DNA of 64,000 bases, taken from positions 96,001 to 160,000 of IMG/VR virus record IMGVR_UViG_3300025018_000098. One strand, 5' to 3'. The DNA comes from a virus. The notes beneath the pieces are model-generated. The model had not been told where the DNA came from and ran no database searches. It saw nothing but the letters and a program-made list of their open reading frames with translations. This document shows positions 35,529 through 44,130 of the stretch, piece after piece; position 1 is the stretch's first letter, and each line of letters begins with the position of its first letter. Made by a program: the position numbers and the translations under genes.

Positions 35529-36106
35529 GGCAACTCCTGCCGTACCCGCTCGGCGTACGTGTTCTGGGCCTCAGCCTCAAAGGACTCTGCGCTGAGCTCA
35601 GCCCAGATCATGTCTTCGAGGTGGTCCTTGTCTGGGTGCCCCTCCCGTACAACGGCCAGAAGATGCCCAACCTCATGGATGACTAGGCCTGTGGACCTCA
35701 TCAACGTGCCGTGTATGTCCTCCACCACCAGCATGGGGATGCTCCGCTTTCCGATCTTGGCCTTGGCGTAAGTCTGCACCCCGTGGAGATCCTTGTTCAC
35801 CTTGATGGCATAGTGCACAACCAGCTTGGGGTAGTCCTTACCTATGGCCCCGTGCCAGGGTGTGTACCGAAGCCAGATGTTACCGCAGATATCGAGGGCC
35901 TTGGCCAGATGCTGCAGGTACCTATCCTGCGTCGCAGTTGGGTACTCCCGCTCGAAGATGGCAATCACCTCGATGCCCCGGATGTTGACGACCCGTCGAG
36001 TGCCAGTGGGATACTGGATCTTGCGCCCCTTGGTGACGAGATAGATGCCCATGCCAACGAAGGCCGCGGCGGTGATAGCTGTGATGATGATCTGTTCTAT
36101 GCTCAT
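35525..36106 (-). CDS. Membrane-anchored HExxH metallopeptidase-like protein
   Basis: N-terminal TM helix; LVIHEVGHLL. Confidence 0.55.
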   Translation of the reverse strand: MSIEQIIITAITAAAFVGMGIYLVTKGRKIQYPTGTRRVVNIRGIEVIAIFEREYPTATQDRYLQHLAKALDICGNIWLRYTPWHGAIGKDYPKLVVHYAIKVNKDLHGVQTYAKAKIGKRSIPMLVVEDIHGTLMRSTGLVIHEVGHLLAVVREGHPDKDHLEDMIWAELSAESFEAEAQNTYAERVRQELP

Positions 36107-36280
36107 GTTTCTGTACTCACTTCTTCAGGCCATACCCGAGTATCTGTTGGGTGAATACCACCCTGTTTCTTCTTCTCCCGCTCAGTGAGTCGCATGGCTT
36201 CCCATGCAGCTACCTGCGTCTTGTGCGGCCCACCCTTGATGAGCCCGCCACCTGCGGCGAACCACACGATCTTCTTCTTC

Positions 36281-36949
36281 TTAGCCATGTGTGCCCTCCT
36301 TGAGCTGCTTCTCGATAATGGCTGCGATATCGGAGGGCTTCCATCCCTCGGGCTTGAGGATCTTGCCGTCCTCTCGGCGCGTGATGACTCCATTCGGGGC
36401 CTTGGCCATGTTGGTGCGCTGCACCTCCGCGAAGACCTCGTTGATGTCGATGCCGAGGGTCAGGGCGTAGCCGTAGGTCACGTACAGGATGTCGGCGAGG
36501 GCATCAGCCATCTCCACGAGATCCTTCTTCGCGATGGCGGCCCAGAGCTCTTCTGTCTCCTCCTCGATCATACCTATCCGCAGGGTGTGCACCTCCTTGG
36601 ACACGTCGATGGGGTGTGGAGGGATGTTTTGCCCCACCAGCTCCATGAACTCCCGCACCTGATCTTGGTGTGTTGTGATGGCGAGGATATCCTCTGCGTC
36701 TATGCTGCATTGGAACCTGCTTCGAAGCATGTTGTGTCTGTCACTTGCTTCGTGCATCGCCACCTCGGCCTCGCCAAACTGTCGTTGGAGACTGATCAGC
36801 TCTGCTGTGTGGGTTTCCAGGTGCTGCACCTTTTTGCGGCGTGCTGCGAGCTTATCCTTGGCCTCGTGCATCTTGTTGATGGCTGCTGTTTCGGCAGCCT
36901 CAGCTGCAAGCACCTTGCGTGCCTGCTCTTGTATCTCGATTAGGGTCAT
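36281..36949 (-). CDS. MazG-like / PRA-PH family all-alpha NTP pyrophosphohydrolase with N-terminal coiled coil
   Basis: VREF..MIEEETEEL..EMADALADILYVTYG..EVQRTNMAK..REDGKILKPEGW. Confidence 0.88.
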   Translation of the reverse strand: MTLIEIQEQARKVLAAEAAETAAINKMHEAKDKLAARRKKVQHLETHTAELISLQRQFGEAEVAMHEASDRHNMLRSRFQCSIDAEDILAITTHQDQVREFMELVGQNIPPHPIDVSKEVHTLRIGMIEEETEELWAAIAKKDLVEMADALADILYVTYGYALTLGIDINEVFAEVQRTNMAKAPNGVITRREDGKILKPEGWKPSDIAAIIEKQLKEGTHG

Positions 36950-37437
36950 GGGTCCTCCAGTGGGAATGCAATGGCCAGCCTCAGCGCCAGCTCAGCTCGA
37001 TCGTTCTCGTCGTCCAGAGACAAGCTGCTCGAGGTATCCAACAGCGCCCTGTACTTCTGCGCCTGGGTGTTGCAGCGGATCTCCTTCTCGAACTCTTCCA
37101 GGTTGTTGAGAGCCTGCACCAACGTGAGACCCTCATGCTCTAGTCGGTGCTTCTCGTACTTATTCCGCCAGTGCCTGGCATAGTCGATAACGCACGTTCG
37201 AAGCTGCTCAAGTTGGTCCTCTTGTCGGGCGTCCATCACCTCCGGATGGGTCTCCTCGAGGAGACACGACTCGGCATGGTTCGCCCAGTGCCGGAGTGCA
37301 GACGCTAGACGTTCGGCCACCTTGCTCTGTGCCATACTGTTATACTCTGGTGCATTAACCCAGGCCATGTAGAGGGTCTCTATCTCCCCGTTGAACTGTG
37401 TGGGGAGCCCCCCCCCCCTTGGGCCAGAAGTGCTCAT
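36946..37437 (-). CDS. Hypothetical protein containing a G11 run
   Basis: ORF tiling. Confidence 0.55.
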   Translation of the reverse strand: MSTSGPRGGGLPTQFNGEIETLYMAWVNAPEYNSMAQSKVAERLASALRHWANHAESCLLEETHPEVMDARQEDQLEQLRTCVIDYARHWRNKYEKHRLEHEGLTLVQALNNLEEFEKEIRCNTQAQKYRALLDTSSSLSLDDENDRAELALRLAIAFPLEDP

Positions 37438-38069
37438 GTGGTGCCTGCGTCAGCTTGCGCGCCCCATCCCGTGCGATATCGATCAACTGCTTCTTCGTAT
37501 AAACTACCATCTGTATCTTCCTGTTATGCAGACTCATCCACCTCTGGGCACAGCCAGAGATCGGGGCACGCTTGGACACGAGCTGCAGCATCGTCACATG
37601 ACGAGGCATCTCGCTCTTGTCCCTGTTCAGGCACCCCTATGTCAACGACTACTTGTACAACCCCAGCATCTACAGCTTCGTAGACAGGTAGGGGCATACT
37701 CACGATGGGGTCGGATATGGCTTCTTGGATCGATGGATGCAGCGAAGCACCAAACAAGATCCCCACCACCCCCACAATCCAAAGATGCTTCGTCATCCTG
37801 TTCCTCCATCGGTGTCGAGGCCCCCTCCCAAAGGAGGAGCACATCGAGTGACTCTTGCTTGACTGGGATGACCGAGAGGTCCTCGGGCCCATAGGGATCC
37901 ACTGAGAGGCGGGCATAGAACATGTCCACCTCTCGGCCTGCAAGCTCCTGTTGGTGCTCAAGGTCGAGCTGGTGCTCGTGCTCGAGCCAGGCGAGCTCGC
38001 ACTCTTTGTCCAGCTGCGTCATCCATGCGATCTCGATCTCGAAACAGCAGTGGATAGTGGTGGGACTCT

Positions 38070-38777
38070 CTACCTGAACTTGATGTAGTAGTTCGTCAGC
38101 CACTGCTTCACCAGCCCTCGCTTAGTGCCTGCATCCCCTCCAACCCCTTCCACGATCTCATCGTACATCACACGACCTGCCCGGATGCCCTGAAGGTTCG
38201 CCCCTTCCGTGTTGGACACGATCTTTGTCGCATCTGCAAAGGTCAGCCCCTTGCCGTACTCCGGCCGAGCATCGTGAAAGCGGGAGGCCAGGAACACTCT
38301 CGAGCCCTCACGCAGGTGGCAGTAGGTGAAGATGCCCAAGTCGCCTCGAGACGTCATGTACATACTGAGAGGAGTCACCGCCCGTTCCTTGCGGTCCTTG
38401 CGCATACCCGTGTAGTCGATGTGCAACGTGCTCCCGTTGGCAAGGGCAACCACACATGTCGTGAGCACCTCCACTATCGTCTCAGTCTCCGCAAGACGCT
38501 TGACCTTAGGCAAGGCCTTCTGCAGCTTGTCCAGCTCGGTTGGGGTGAACAGGTACGACGCACCATCCTGGCGCACCCCCACACCTTCCGGCGCATTGTG
38601 TCTATACCGAACATGGATCTCGGACGTATCCGTCTTGACGAGCGCCTTGGAGTCCTTCCGCTTCCACATCTGAATGACCCAGTGGGCGTCCTCCAAGCTG
38701 AGCTCTGGGTCATGCCCCTGTTCCATGATCCTCGTGGCGTCCAAGAGGATCTTATTGCCTGCTACTTTTATCTTCAT
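38070..38777 (-). CDS. WYL-domain protein with N-terminal LxxEDAxW family domain
   Basis: IDY.G....ERAVTP....FTYCHLREGSRVFLASRF is a WYL core. Confidence 0.8.
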   Translation of the reverse strand: MKIKVAGNKILLDATRIMEQGHDPELSLEDAHWVIQMWKRKDSKALVKTDTSEIHVRYRHNAPEGVGVRQDGASYLFTPTELDKLQKALPKVKRLAETETIVEVLTTCVVALANGSTLHIDYTGMRKDRKERAVTPLSMYMTSRGDLGIFTYCHLREGSRVFLASRFHDARPEYGKGLTFADATKIVSNTEGANLQGIRAGRVMYDEIVEGVGGDAGTKRGLVKQWLTNYYIKFR

Positions 38778-38812
38778 CGTGTTCTCCTTCGCAGCACTTT
38801 GCCGCTTCACCC

Positions 38813-38822
38813 TGCTTATAGG
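38813..38822 (-). promoter_or_regulatory. CCTATAAGCA promoter
   Basis: tgcttatagg, with an adjacent ctcagc-cgaa-gctgag hairpin. Confidence 0.7.
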
Positions 38823-38870
38823 AGCAAAGAAGAACTTCTCAGCCGAAGCTGAGGTCCTCCTTTGTTGTGG

Positions 38871-39333
38871 TCAGAGGTTGATCACCCCGACCGTGCCGTC
38901 GATGTGGTAGCCGTCCACATCGACCCTCTTGGTCGCGACCTTGGCAGGCACATGGGACGGCATCTCCCCCAGTCACCCAGGTTGTGTTGGTGGGGTCGCT
39001 GTACCGCTTGAACACGGTCAGCACCCTGGGTGCCGCGGCCCTCTCTAGGAGATAGTGGAGCTTGGTTAGCCCCCCATCCTTGATGGCGTCCTCAATGTTC
39101 GCTGTGGACAGCGTTGTTTGGCGGAGAAGCATGGAGATGTACTCCCTCCCGTACGTGTCCTTGCCGTACAAAGCGGGCACCCCCCGCGAGGTGAACTCAG
39201 CCACCTCGATGCTGTCGAGGTAGCCGGTGCTGCCGCAGAACCCCTGCGACTCCTCTTGGGTGAGGCGGGCCAGGCCGGTGTCCTCCTGGTCAAGGGAGTT
39301 CAGGGCGGAGGCGATAACGTTGTCTGTGATCAT
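38871..39333 (-). CDS. Hypothetical protein with a probable +1 G frameshift at 38966-38970
   Basis: GSTGYLD..GKDTYGR..VFKRYSD; corrected tail WVTGEMPSHV..VINL. Confidence 0.55.
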
Positions 39334-39375
39334 GATGGGTCCTTTCACGGACGAAGTGTCCGTTTTCCTTCACCT

Positions 39376-39385
39376 TGCTCATAGG
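39376..39385 (-). promoter_or_regulatory. CCTATGAGCA promoter with TTGCTA -35-like element
   Basis: tgctcatagg; taactaac/gttagtta hairpin with U tract upstream. Confidence 0.65.
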
Positions 39386-39472
39386 CCAGATGGGGGTCTT
39401 CTTAGCAAAAAAAGTAACTAACTAACGCGATAGTTAGTTACTTTCGCTCTTGCCTCAGGACCGATCCGCAGA

Positions 39473-39931
39473 TCAGTTCATGAAGATGGGGACCACTGAG
39501 GTATCCCGCATTACGGAGCGTGCCCACTGGAGCCCCCACATGAGCTGCTCCTCTTCGGTGCCGCCCGTGCACTGACCGCAGGCACAGCTGCCATACAGCT
39601 CGGGACACATAAGGTGGGCGAACTTGAGGACAATGGCCTCGAAGAGGCTGTAGGCCTTTCTTCGATCTGCAGGCGGAACTCTGCTGGCCTGGTGGATGCC
39701 CGTGTCTCGAACTTTCTGAACCACCGCCCAGCAGTAGCTCAGTCGATCCTCGGGATCGCCCCCACACAACTCCAGGATGGGTAGGTTGTGTGGGTAGGCC
39801 CCGTCAATATCTGCCGGTGTGGCTACCACGAGGCTGTAGACGAGCGTCGTGACCACCTCAGCAAGGCGGAGGCAGCCAGGGCATGTGGCGGGATCGTGTT
39901 CTTCGTTCGTATCGTGTTCAGTGTTGGACAT
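39473..39931 (-). CDS. Hypothetical Cys-rich protein
   Basis: AAGGAGG RBS downstream of the promoter at 39949. Confidence 0.6.
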   Translation of the reverse strand: MSNTEHDTNEEHDPATCPGCLRLAEVVTTLVYSLVVATPADIDGAYPHNLPILELCGGDPEDRLSYCWAVVQKVRDTGIHQASRVPPADRRKAYSLFEAIVLKFAHLMCPELYGSCACGQCTGGTEEEQLMWGLQWARSVMRDTSVVPIFMN

Positions 39932-39948
39932 GGTGTCCTCCTTCACAC

Positions 39949-40020
39949 TGCTTATAGGCCAAAAGATGCTCTTCTAGCAAAGAGAAACCCCAGGGCGCAC
40001 CATTGCACCCTGGGGTTCTC
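39949..40020 (-). promoter_or_regulatory. Terminator hairpin plus TTGCTA-N18-TATAAG promoter
   Basis: tgcttatagg at 39949-39958; aaccccagggcgca-ccat-tgcaccctggggtt. Confidence 0.7.
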
Positions 40021-40077
40021 CGTGTACTAGGCAACAACGATTCAATAACACCTACCTAGTTACTCTTGGGGGGTCCT

Positions 40078-40626
40078 CTACGAGCGGTCGTACACGCTCC
40101 AGAAGAGGTTGGGCGGCAGACGCCGCTCGGGGTATTGGAAGTCGACCAAGCACTCCACTTGTCGGGAGCCTGGACCCGGACTGCCATCCTGCACACTACC
40201 CCAGTGTCGGGCGCCCGGACACGGATTGCGCGCCTCACCGGACAGGGTACTGCGCACCGCATTGACGGTGTCTGCCCACTTCGCTTGAAGCGAGGGGCGC
40301 AGACGTGCAGGCCGTTCTGGCTCAGGGAGGCGAAGGCGTAGGATGTGCTCGCGCCTTCCTCGGAACACGGCTGAGTAACCACGCGCCACGGTAGCTAGCC
40401 GAGCTCGAGGTACGAGGTTGTCTCGCCGCCACATAATGACGTGTGTCACCGCGGCGCACTCTTCTGTAGTGGCTCCCTCCCAGCCCACCTCCCCGATGCA
40501 CATTTGCGCCAGTGTGAGGACATCTCGCTCATTGGTCTCGGGCGGGGATCGATCCCCCAGGGCCTCTGGCGTAGCGAGTAGAAGGGACATACAGATCATC
40601 GAACAGATTAGGAGCAGCTTGCGCAT
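40078..40626 (-). CDS. Secreted SleB/Hydrolase_2-like cell wall hydrolase
   Basis: Signal peptide; TLAQMCIGEVG (catalytic Glu), AAVTHVIMWR, NPCPGARHW. Confidence 0.65.
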   Translation of the reverse strand: MRKLLLICSMICMSLLLATPEALGDRSPPETNERDVLTLAQMCIGEVGWEGATTEECAAVTHVIMWRRDNLVPRARLATVARGYSAVFRGRREHILRLRLPEPERPARLRPSLQAKWADTVNAVRSTLSGEARNPCPGARHWGSVQDGSPGPGSRQVECLVDFQYPERRLPPNLFWSVYDRS

Positions 40627-40646
40627 ACTTCCTCCTTGTATGAGAA

Positions 40647-40678
40647 AGCCCCCTGCCGGCCGGAGCTAGCAGGGGGCT
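40647..40678 (-). terminator. Intrinsic terminator
   Basis: agccccctgc..gcagggggct. Confidence 0.6.
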
Positions 40679-40708
40679 GACAACATGTGTGGGGGGGGGG
40701 TCGGTCGT

Positions 40709-41020
40709 TCAGACCAGGGCTTGGAGCTTCTTGACGCGGCTCGAGGCCGCCTTCTGGGTTGCCTTGTCGGCATGTTTCTCGGCGTCCGAGGCGATGCGCT
40801 CGTACTTGGCCACCAGGCTCGGGATCTGCTCCTGGTCGAAGCGGGCGAGGCGAGCGGCCGGGGAGCGATCGAAGCGACCGGCCTCGGACAGGTGCGCCTT
40901 CGGGCCCTTGCCGGTGACCTTGGCGTCGTCCGCCAGCTCCGCCTTGCTCTTGGCCTTGCGCGGCGCCTTGGTCTTCGGGGCCGCCGTCTTGGTCGTCTTG
41001 TTTCCGCTACGTGTCTTCAT
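40709..41020 (-). CDS. Small, very basic Lys/Ala-rich (histone-like) protein
   Basis: MKTRSGNKTTKTAAPKTKAPRKAK..; strong codon bias. Confidence 0.6.
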   Translation of the reverse strand: MKTRSGNKTTKTAAPKTKAPRKAKSKAELADDAKVTGKGPKAHLSEAGRFDRSPAARLARFDQEQIPSLVAKYERIASDAEKHADKATQKAASSRVKKLQALV

Positions 41021-41024
41021 GGTT

Positions 41025-41675
41025 TTACTCTCTCTCGGGAAGGGACCACTTATCAGTAAGGGGTCTGTGGTGTCTAGTTCGGCCATGGTCAACCAACGCA
41101 TCGAAGTGTTGGTCGGTCCCATAGCCAGCATTCTTGTCAAACCCATACTCAGGGTACTCGCGGTGGATGATGTTCATCGCATCGTTCCTGTACGTCTTCG
41201 CCAGGATAGATGCGGCGCCCACGGCCATGTGGTTCTCATCCGCCTTTTTCTCAAAGATCATTCTCATCCCAGGCCTAAGTGCCTGTACTGCCTCGAGTGC
41301 TCTAGTGTTGACCGACCCATCAAGGAGAAGATCAACGAAGCCGTAGGGTAGTTCATATTCTTGTAGGTGCGCAAGTAAATCTTCCACTACTCGAACCACC
41401 CCACGAACCCAGGCAGTACCCTGGGTGTGTTCACGTATCTCGGGCACCCCCACAGATGTCACGGGACAGAAGGAGCTTGCCCCCTCAATGACGGGTACGA
41501 GGGTGCGTCTAGCTACGTCACTGAGCTTCTTCGAGTCCCGCACCCCCTCTATCACCTGGCCATACTCTAGTAGGACCCCGGCAATCATGAAGGGCCCTGC
41601 GAGGGCCCCAGTACCACTCTCGTCGATGCCGAATACGTACCTAGTCGTCGTCTTCTTCGTCTTCGAGGAGGTCAT
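41025..41675 (-). CDS. rnhB: Ribonuclease HII
   Basis: GIDESGTGALAGP, VRDSKKLS, LLDG, KAD..VGAASILAK..R, YGFDKNAGYGT..H. Confidence 0.93.
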   Translation of the reverse strand: MTSSKTKKTTTRYVFGIDESGTGALAGPFMIAGVLLEYGQVIEGVRDSKKLSDVARRTLVPVIEGASSFCPVTSVGVPEIREHTQGTAWVRGVVRVVEDLLAHLQEYELPYGFVDLLLDGSVNTRALEAVQALRPGMRMIFEKKADENHMAVGAASILAKTYRNDAMNIIHREYPEYGFDKNAGYGTDQHFDALVDHGRTRHHRPLTDKWSLPERE

Positions 41676-41853
41676 CGATGTCTTCGGGTTCGTACTCCTC
41701 CCCGGAGTCATCCCGGATGCGGAAGATGAGCCACTTGACGATGATGACCCACCAGCGGACCCGCGTGTTCTCCGTATCTTCGCACTCAAGCTCATCTTCC
41801 GCGACATCGATCACCTCACGCAGGTACTCAAAGAACTCTTCCAATGAAATCAT
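41641..41853 (-). CDS. Small, highly acidic protein
   Basis: AAGGAG RBS; D/E-rich. Confidence 0.5.
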   Translation of the reverse strand: MISLEEFFEYLREVIDVAEDELECEDTENTRVRWWVIIVKWLIFRIRDDSGEEYEPEDIDDLLEDEEDDD

Positions 41854-42026
41854 TTCATCTCCTTGTTAGAACCAGAAGTCCGGAACTACGCACGATCGTA
41901 CACTTCCAGTCAAGAGCCTCAGCCTCTCGCAGAATCCTAGCAGCAAGACTGCCTGGGCCTGCGATGGAGGCAATGAGCTCGAGGTGCCTTCGGCTTACCT
42001 CGGGCTTTAGGGGGGATATGGACAAG

Positions 42027-42428
42027 CTAGTCGCCGTGTACGTGACACGTCCTTACGATGATGTGGCTGGGCGTCTTGCCCGCTTCGTAGCGGTAACCCC
42101 AGCCATGTTGGTTGTCCATGACAGGGCAAGTGCACCCAATCTTGGTGGCCTCTGTACCACCGGGGGACCAAGACGCACGCACCTCTGCCAGCCTCTGGTA
42201 GCCCACGTTCCTAGCCATCAGCATGAAGCAGAGCCACACGAAGGCCGTGATGAGCTGAACAATCCCCAGCACCAGCCATCCCGTGGCTAGCAGTAGGACG
42301 CTCACCACAAGGTTGGCCAGCACCACCCTGGCCCACATCCAAGAGATCTCCTTGAACTCCTTGGCCTGCTTGGTCACCGCTGGATGCTCTGGGTGTTCCT
42401 TGATCTTAGGTGGGTCTCGATAGGTCAT
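42027..42428 (-). CDS. Two-TM membrane protein with GCTCPVMDN..G motif
   Basis: Hydrophobic segments; downstream of the promoter at 42445. Confidence 0.6.
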   Translation of the reverse strand: MTYRDPPKIKEHPEHPAVTKQAKEFKEISWMWARVVLANLVVSVLLLATGWLVLGIVQLITAFVWLCFMLMARNVGYQRLAEVRASWSPGGTEATKIGCTCPVMDNQHGWGYRYEAGKTPSHIIVRTCHVHGD

Positions 42429-42444
42429 AGTCTTCCTTTCGTAC

Positions 42445-42454
42445 TGCTTATAGG
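42445..42454 (-). promoter_or_regulatory. CCTATAAGCA promoter
   Basis: tgcttatagg. Confidence 0.7.
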
Positions 42455-42611
42455 CAAGAAGATGGTCTTTGCCACACGCCCAGGTTTGACCTAGACTAGG
42501 GCACTAAACTACCATCAACGCATGAGCGCCAGCCAGCCACAGCTATCTAGTACGCCTACGCTGGTATGGCCTTGAGTAAACAGCGGCAAGTACCGCAAGT
42601 AGGAGATCAAC

Positions 42612-43334
42612 ATGAGTAAGCTATTCGGTAATGAACGCGCCGCGAAGCCCCATCTCGTACGTGGTGGCGGAGGCATCTCCGGTGAGATCGTCGACCTGCG
42701 CGGCGACATCGAGCGCGCCTTCAGCACCCTCGAAGACGGTAGTCTCTTCGGCCTTCTCGTCACGGAGGAGTTCATCAACGTACCTGCGGCGGACCCCGAC
42801 GCCCTCAGGACAACAACGTCCACGTCGGGCGCACCCGCAGAGTTCACTGCGGCCATGGACTTCGACGGTGTGTCTGCTGGCGCCGAGCTAGTGCCGCCCC
42901 GCAACGTCACGATCACCACGTCGGCCCATGCGGACGTCGATGCCGTGGCTGTTGAGGTCACAGGTCGTGTCCGCAATGCCGACGGCGATCTCGTCGCCCA
43001 GACCGACACCTTCAACCTGACCGACGGTGGTGGGGTCACCGACGCTGGTGCAGCGATGTTCTCGTTCGTCGACTCTATCACCATCGAGGCCCAGAGCGGC
43101 AATGGTGGTACGCTCCAGATCGGCTTCGGCGTCCTGATCGGCCTCGCCAACGCCATCAAGGCCCGCGCCGGCTTCATCGCCCCTATCCGTGAGATCGCGG
43201 CAGGTGCGATTGTCACCACTGGGACCTTCACGAGCCCCGCGACCAACTCGCCCTACGGCGCCTACACGCCTGCGACGGCGGCCAATGGGACCAACGACTA
43301 CGCGATCACCTACGAGGTCGACGCGAGCGTCTGA
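42612..43334 (+). CDS. Putative virion structural (decoration-like) protein in its own plus-strand unit
   Basis: Strongly biased codons; G/A/T-rich beta protein; TTGACC-N18-TACCAT at ~42486-42515; AGGAG RBS; hairpin at 43357-43380. Confidence 0.6.
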   Translation: MSKLFGNERAAKPHLVRGGGGISGEIVDLRGDIERAFSTLEDGSLFGLLVTEEFINVPAADPDALRTTTSTSGAPAEFTAAMDFDGVSAGAELVPPRNVTITTSAHADVDAVAVEVTGRVRNADGDLVAQTDTFNLTDGGGVTDAGAAMFSFVDSITIEAQSGNGGTLQIGFGVLIGLANAIKARAGFIAPIREIAAGAIVTTGTFTSPATNSPYGAYTPATAANGTNDYAITYEVDASV

Positions 43335-43384
43335 TCTCAGCCTGTCAGCACTAGAGCGGCGTCCCAGGAGTGGGGCGCCGTCTC

Positions 43385-43645
43385 CTATTCTGGCCTCGAC
43401 AGCTCCTTGTCCAGCCTCTCGATCTCCTCCACGAGAGCATCTACCTTCTGGATGTCTCGGTAGTTGTGCCAGCCCAGGATGAGCATGATGGCCCCGAGCA
43501 CAACGACAGTAGGCCAACGTTCCATGTACACATGGAACGTCATCGCAGACAGCATCAGGCAGATACCTGCAGTAGCTATCGCCACTATATTCCTGCGTGA
43601 CCGGTAGGCCGTTTTCAGGTTGGGACTAATCTCTTTCTTCTTCAT
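43385..43645 (-). CDS. Small two-TM membrane protein
   Basis: Two hydrophobic helices. Confidence 0.6.
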   Translation of the reverse strand: MKKKEISPNLKTAYRSRRNIVAIATAGICLMLSAMTFHVYMERWPTVVVLGAIMLILGWHNYRDIQKVDALVEEIERLDKELSRPE

Positions 43646-44130
43646 ACGGGTATCAGTGTCTCTCTCTGGATGAAGTATTGGATGAGGGTCTCTGCGAGCT
43701 CGCGTGAACGTGCCCTTCGGATCTCATGGCTGATGATCTTAGGGGCGTTCTCAAGGTGTGTGTACTTATGGAGGTTGCGCATGCACCCGCGCAAGATGCC
43801 CTGGCGTAGCTCACGCACAGCACACACCTGCCGCATCACCAAGTAGGTTATGGCAGACGCTCGTATCTCGTTGAAGTCTGATGCCCCAATCCCCAGCTTG
43901 GCGATGTGCTGCCCAATGTTGGATGCCTCCTGCACCTGCAGAGGCAGGCCCATGTCCGCAGCATGTGCCAGCTCATGTGTCACAAGCTCGAGTGTGGCAT
44001 ACCTGATGCCCGCCTGTGTTCTGTGGTTTCGAATGGCAGACAGAGACAGGTATTCGTACCGATCCTCGAACCCTGCTGCAGCTATATCTACCGCCAGCCT
44101 CTCCTCGGCTACCCGATACTTGATCTTCAT
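43642..44130 (-). CDS. HExxH metallopeptidase (ImmA/IrrE-like pattern)
   Basis: LVTHELAHA..FNEIRA. Confidence 0.55.
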   Translation of the reverse strand: MKIKYRVAEERLAVDIAAAGFEDRYEYLSLSAIRNHRTQAGIRYATLELVTHELAHAADMGLPLQVQEASNIGQHIAKLGIGASDFNEIRASAITYLVMRQVCAVRELRQGILRGCMRNLHKYTHLENAPKIISHEIRRARSRELAETLIQYFIQRETLIPV

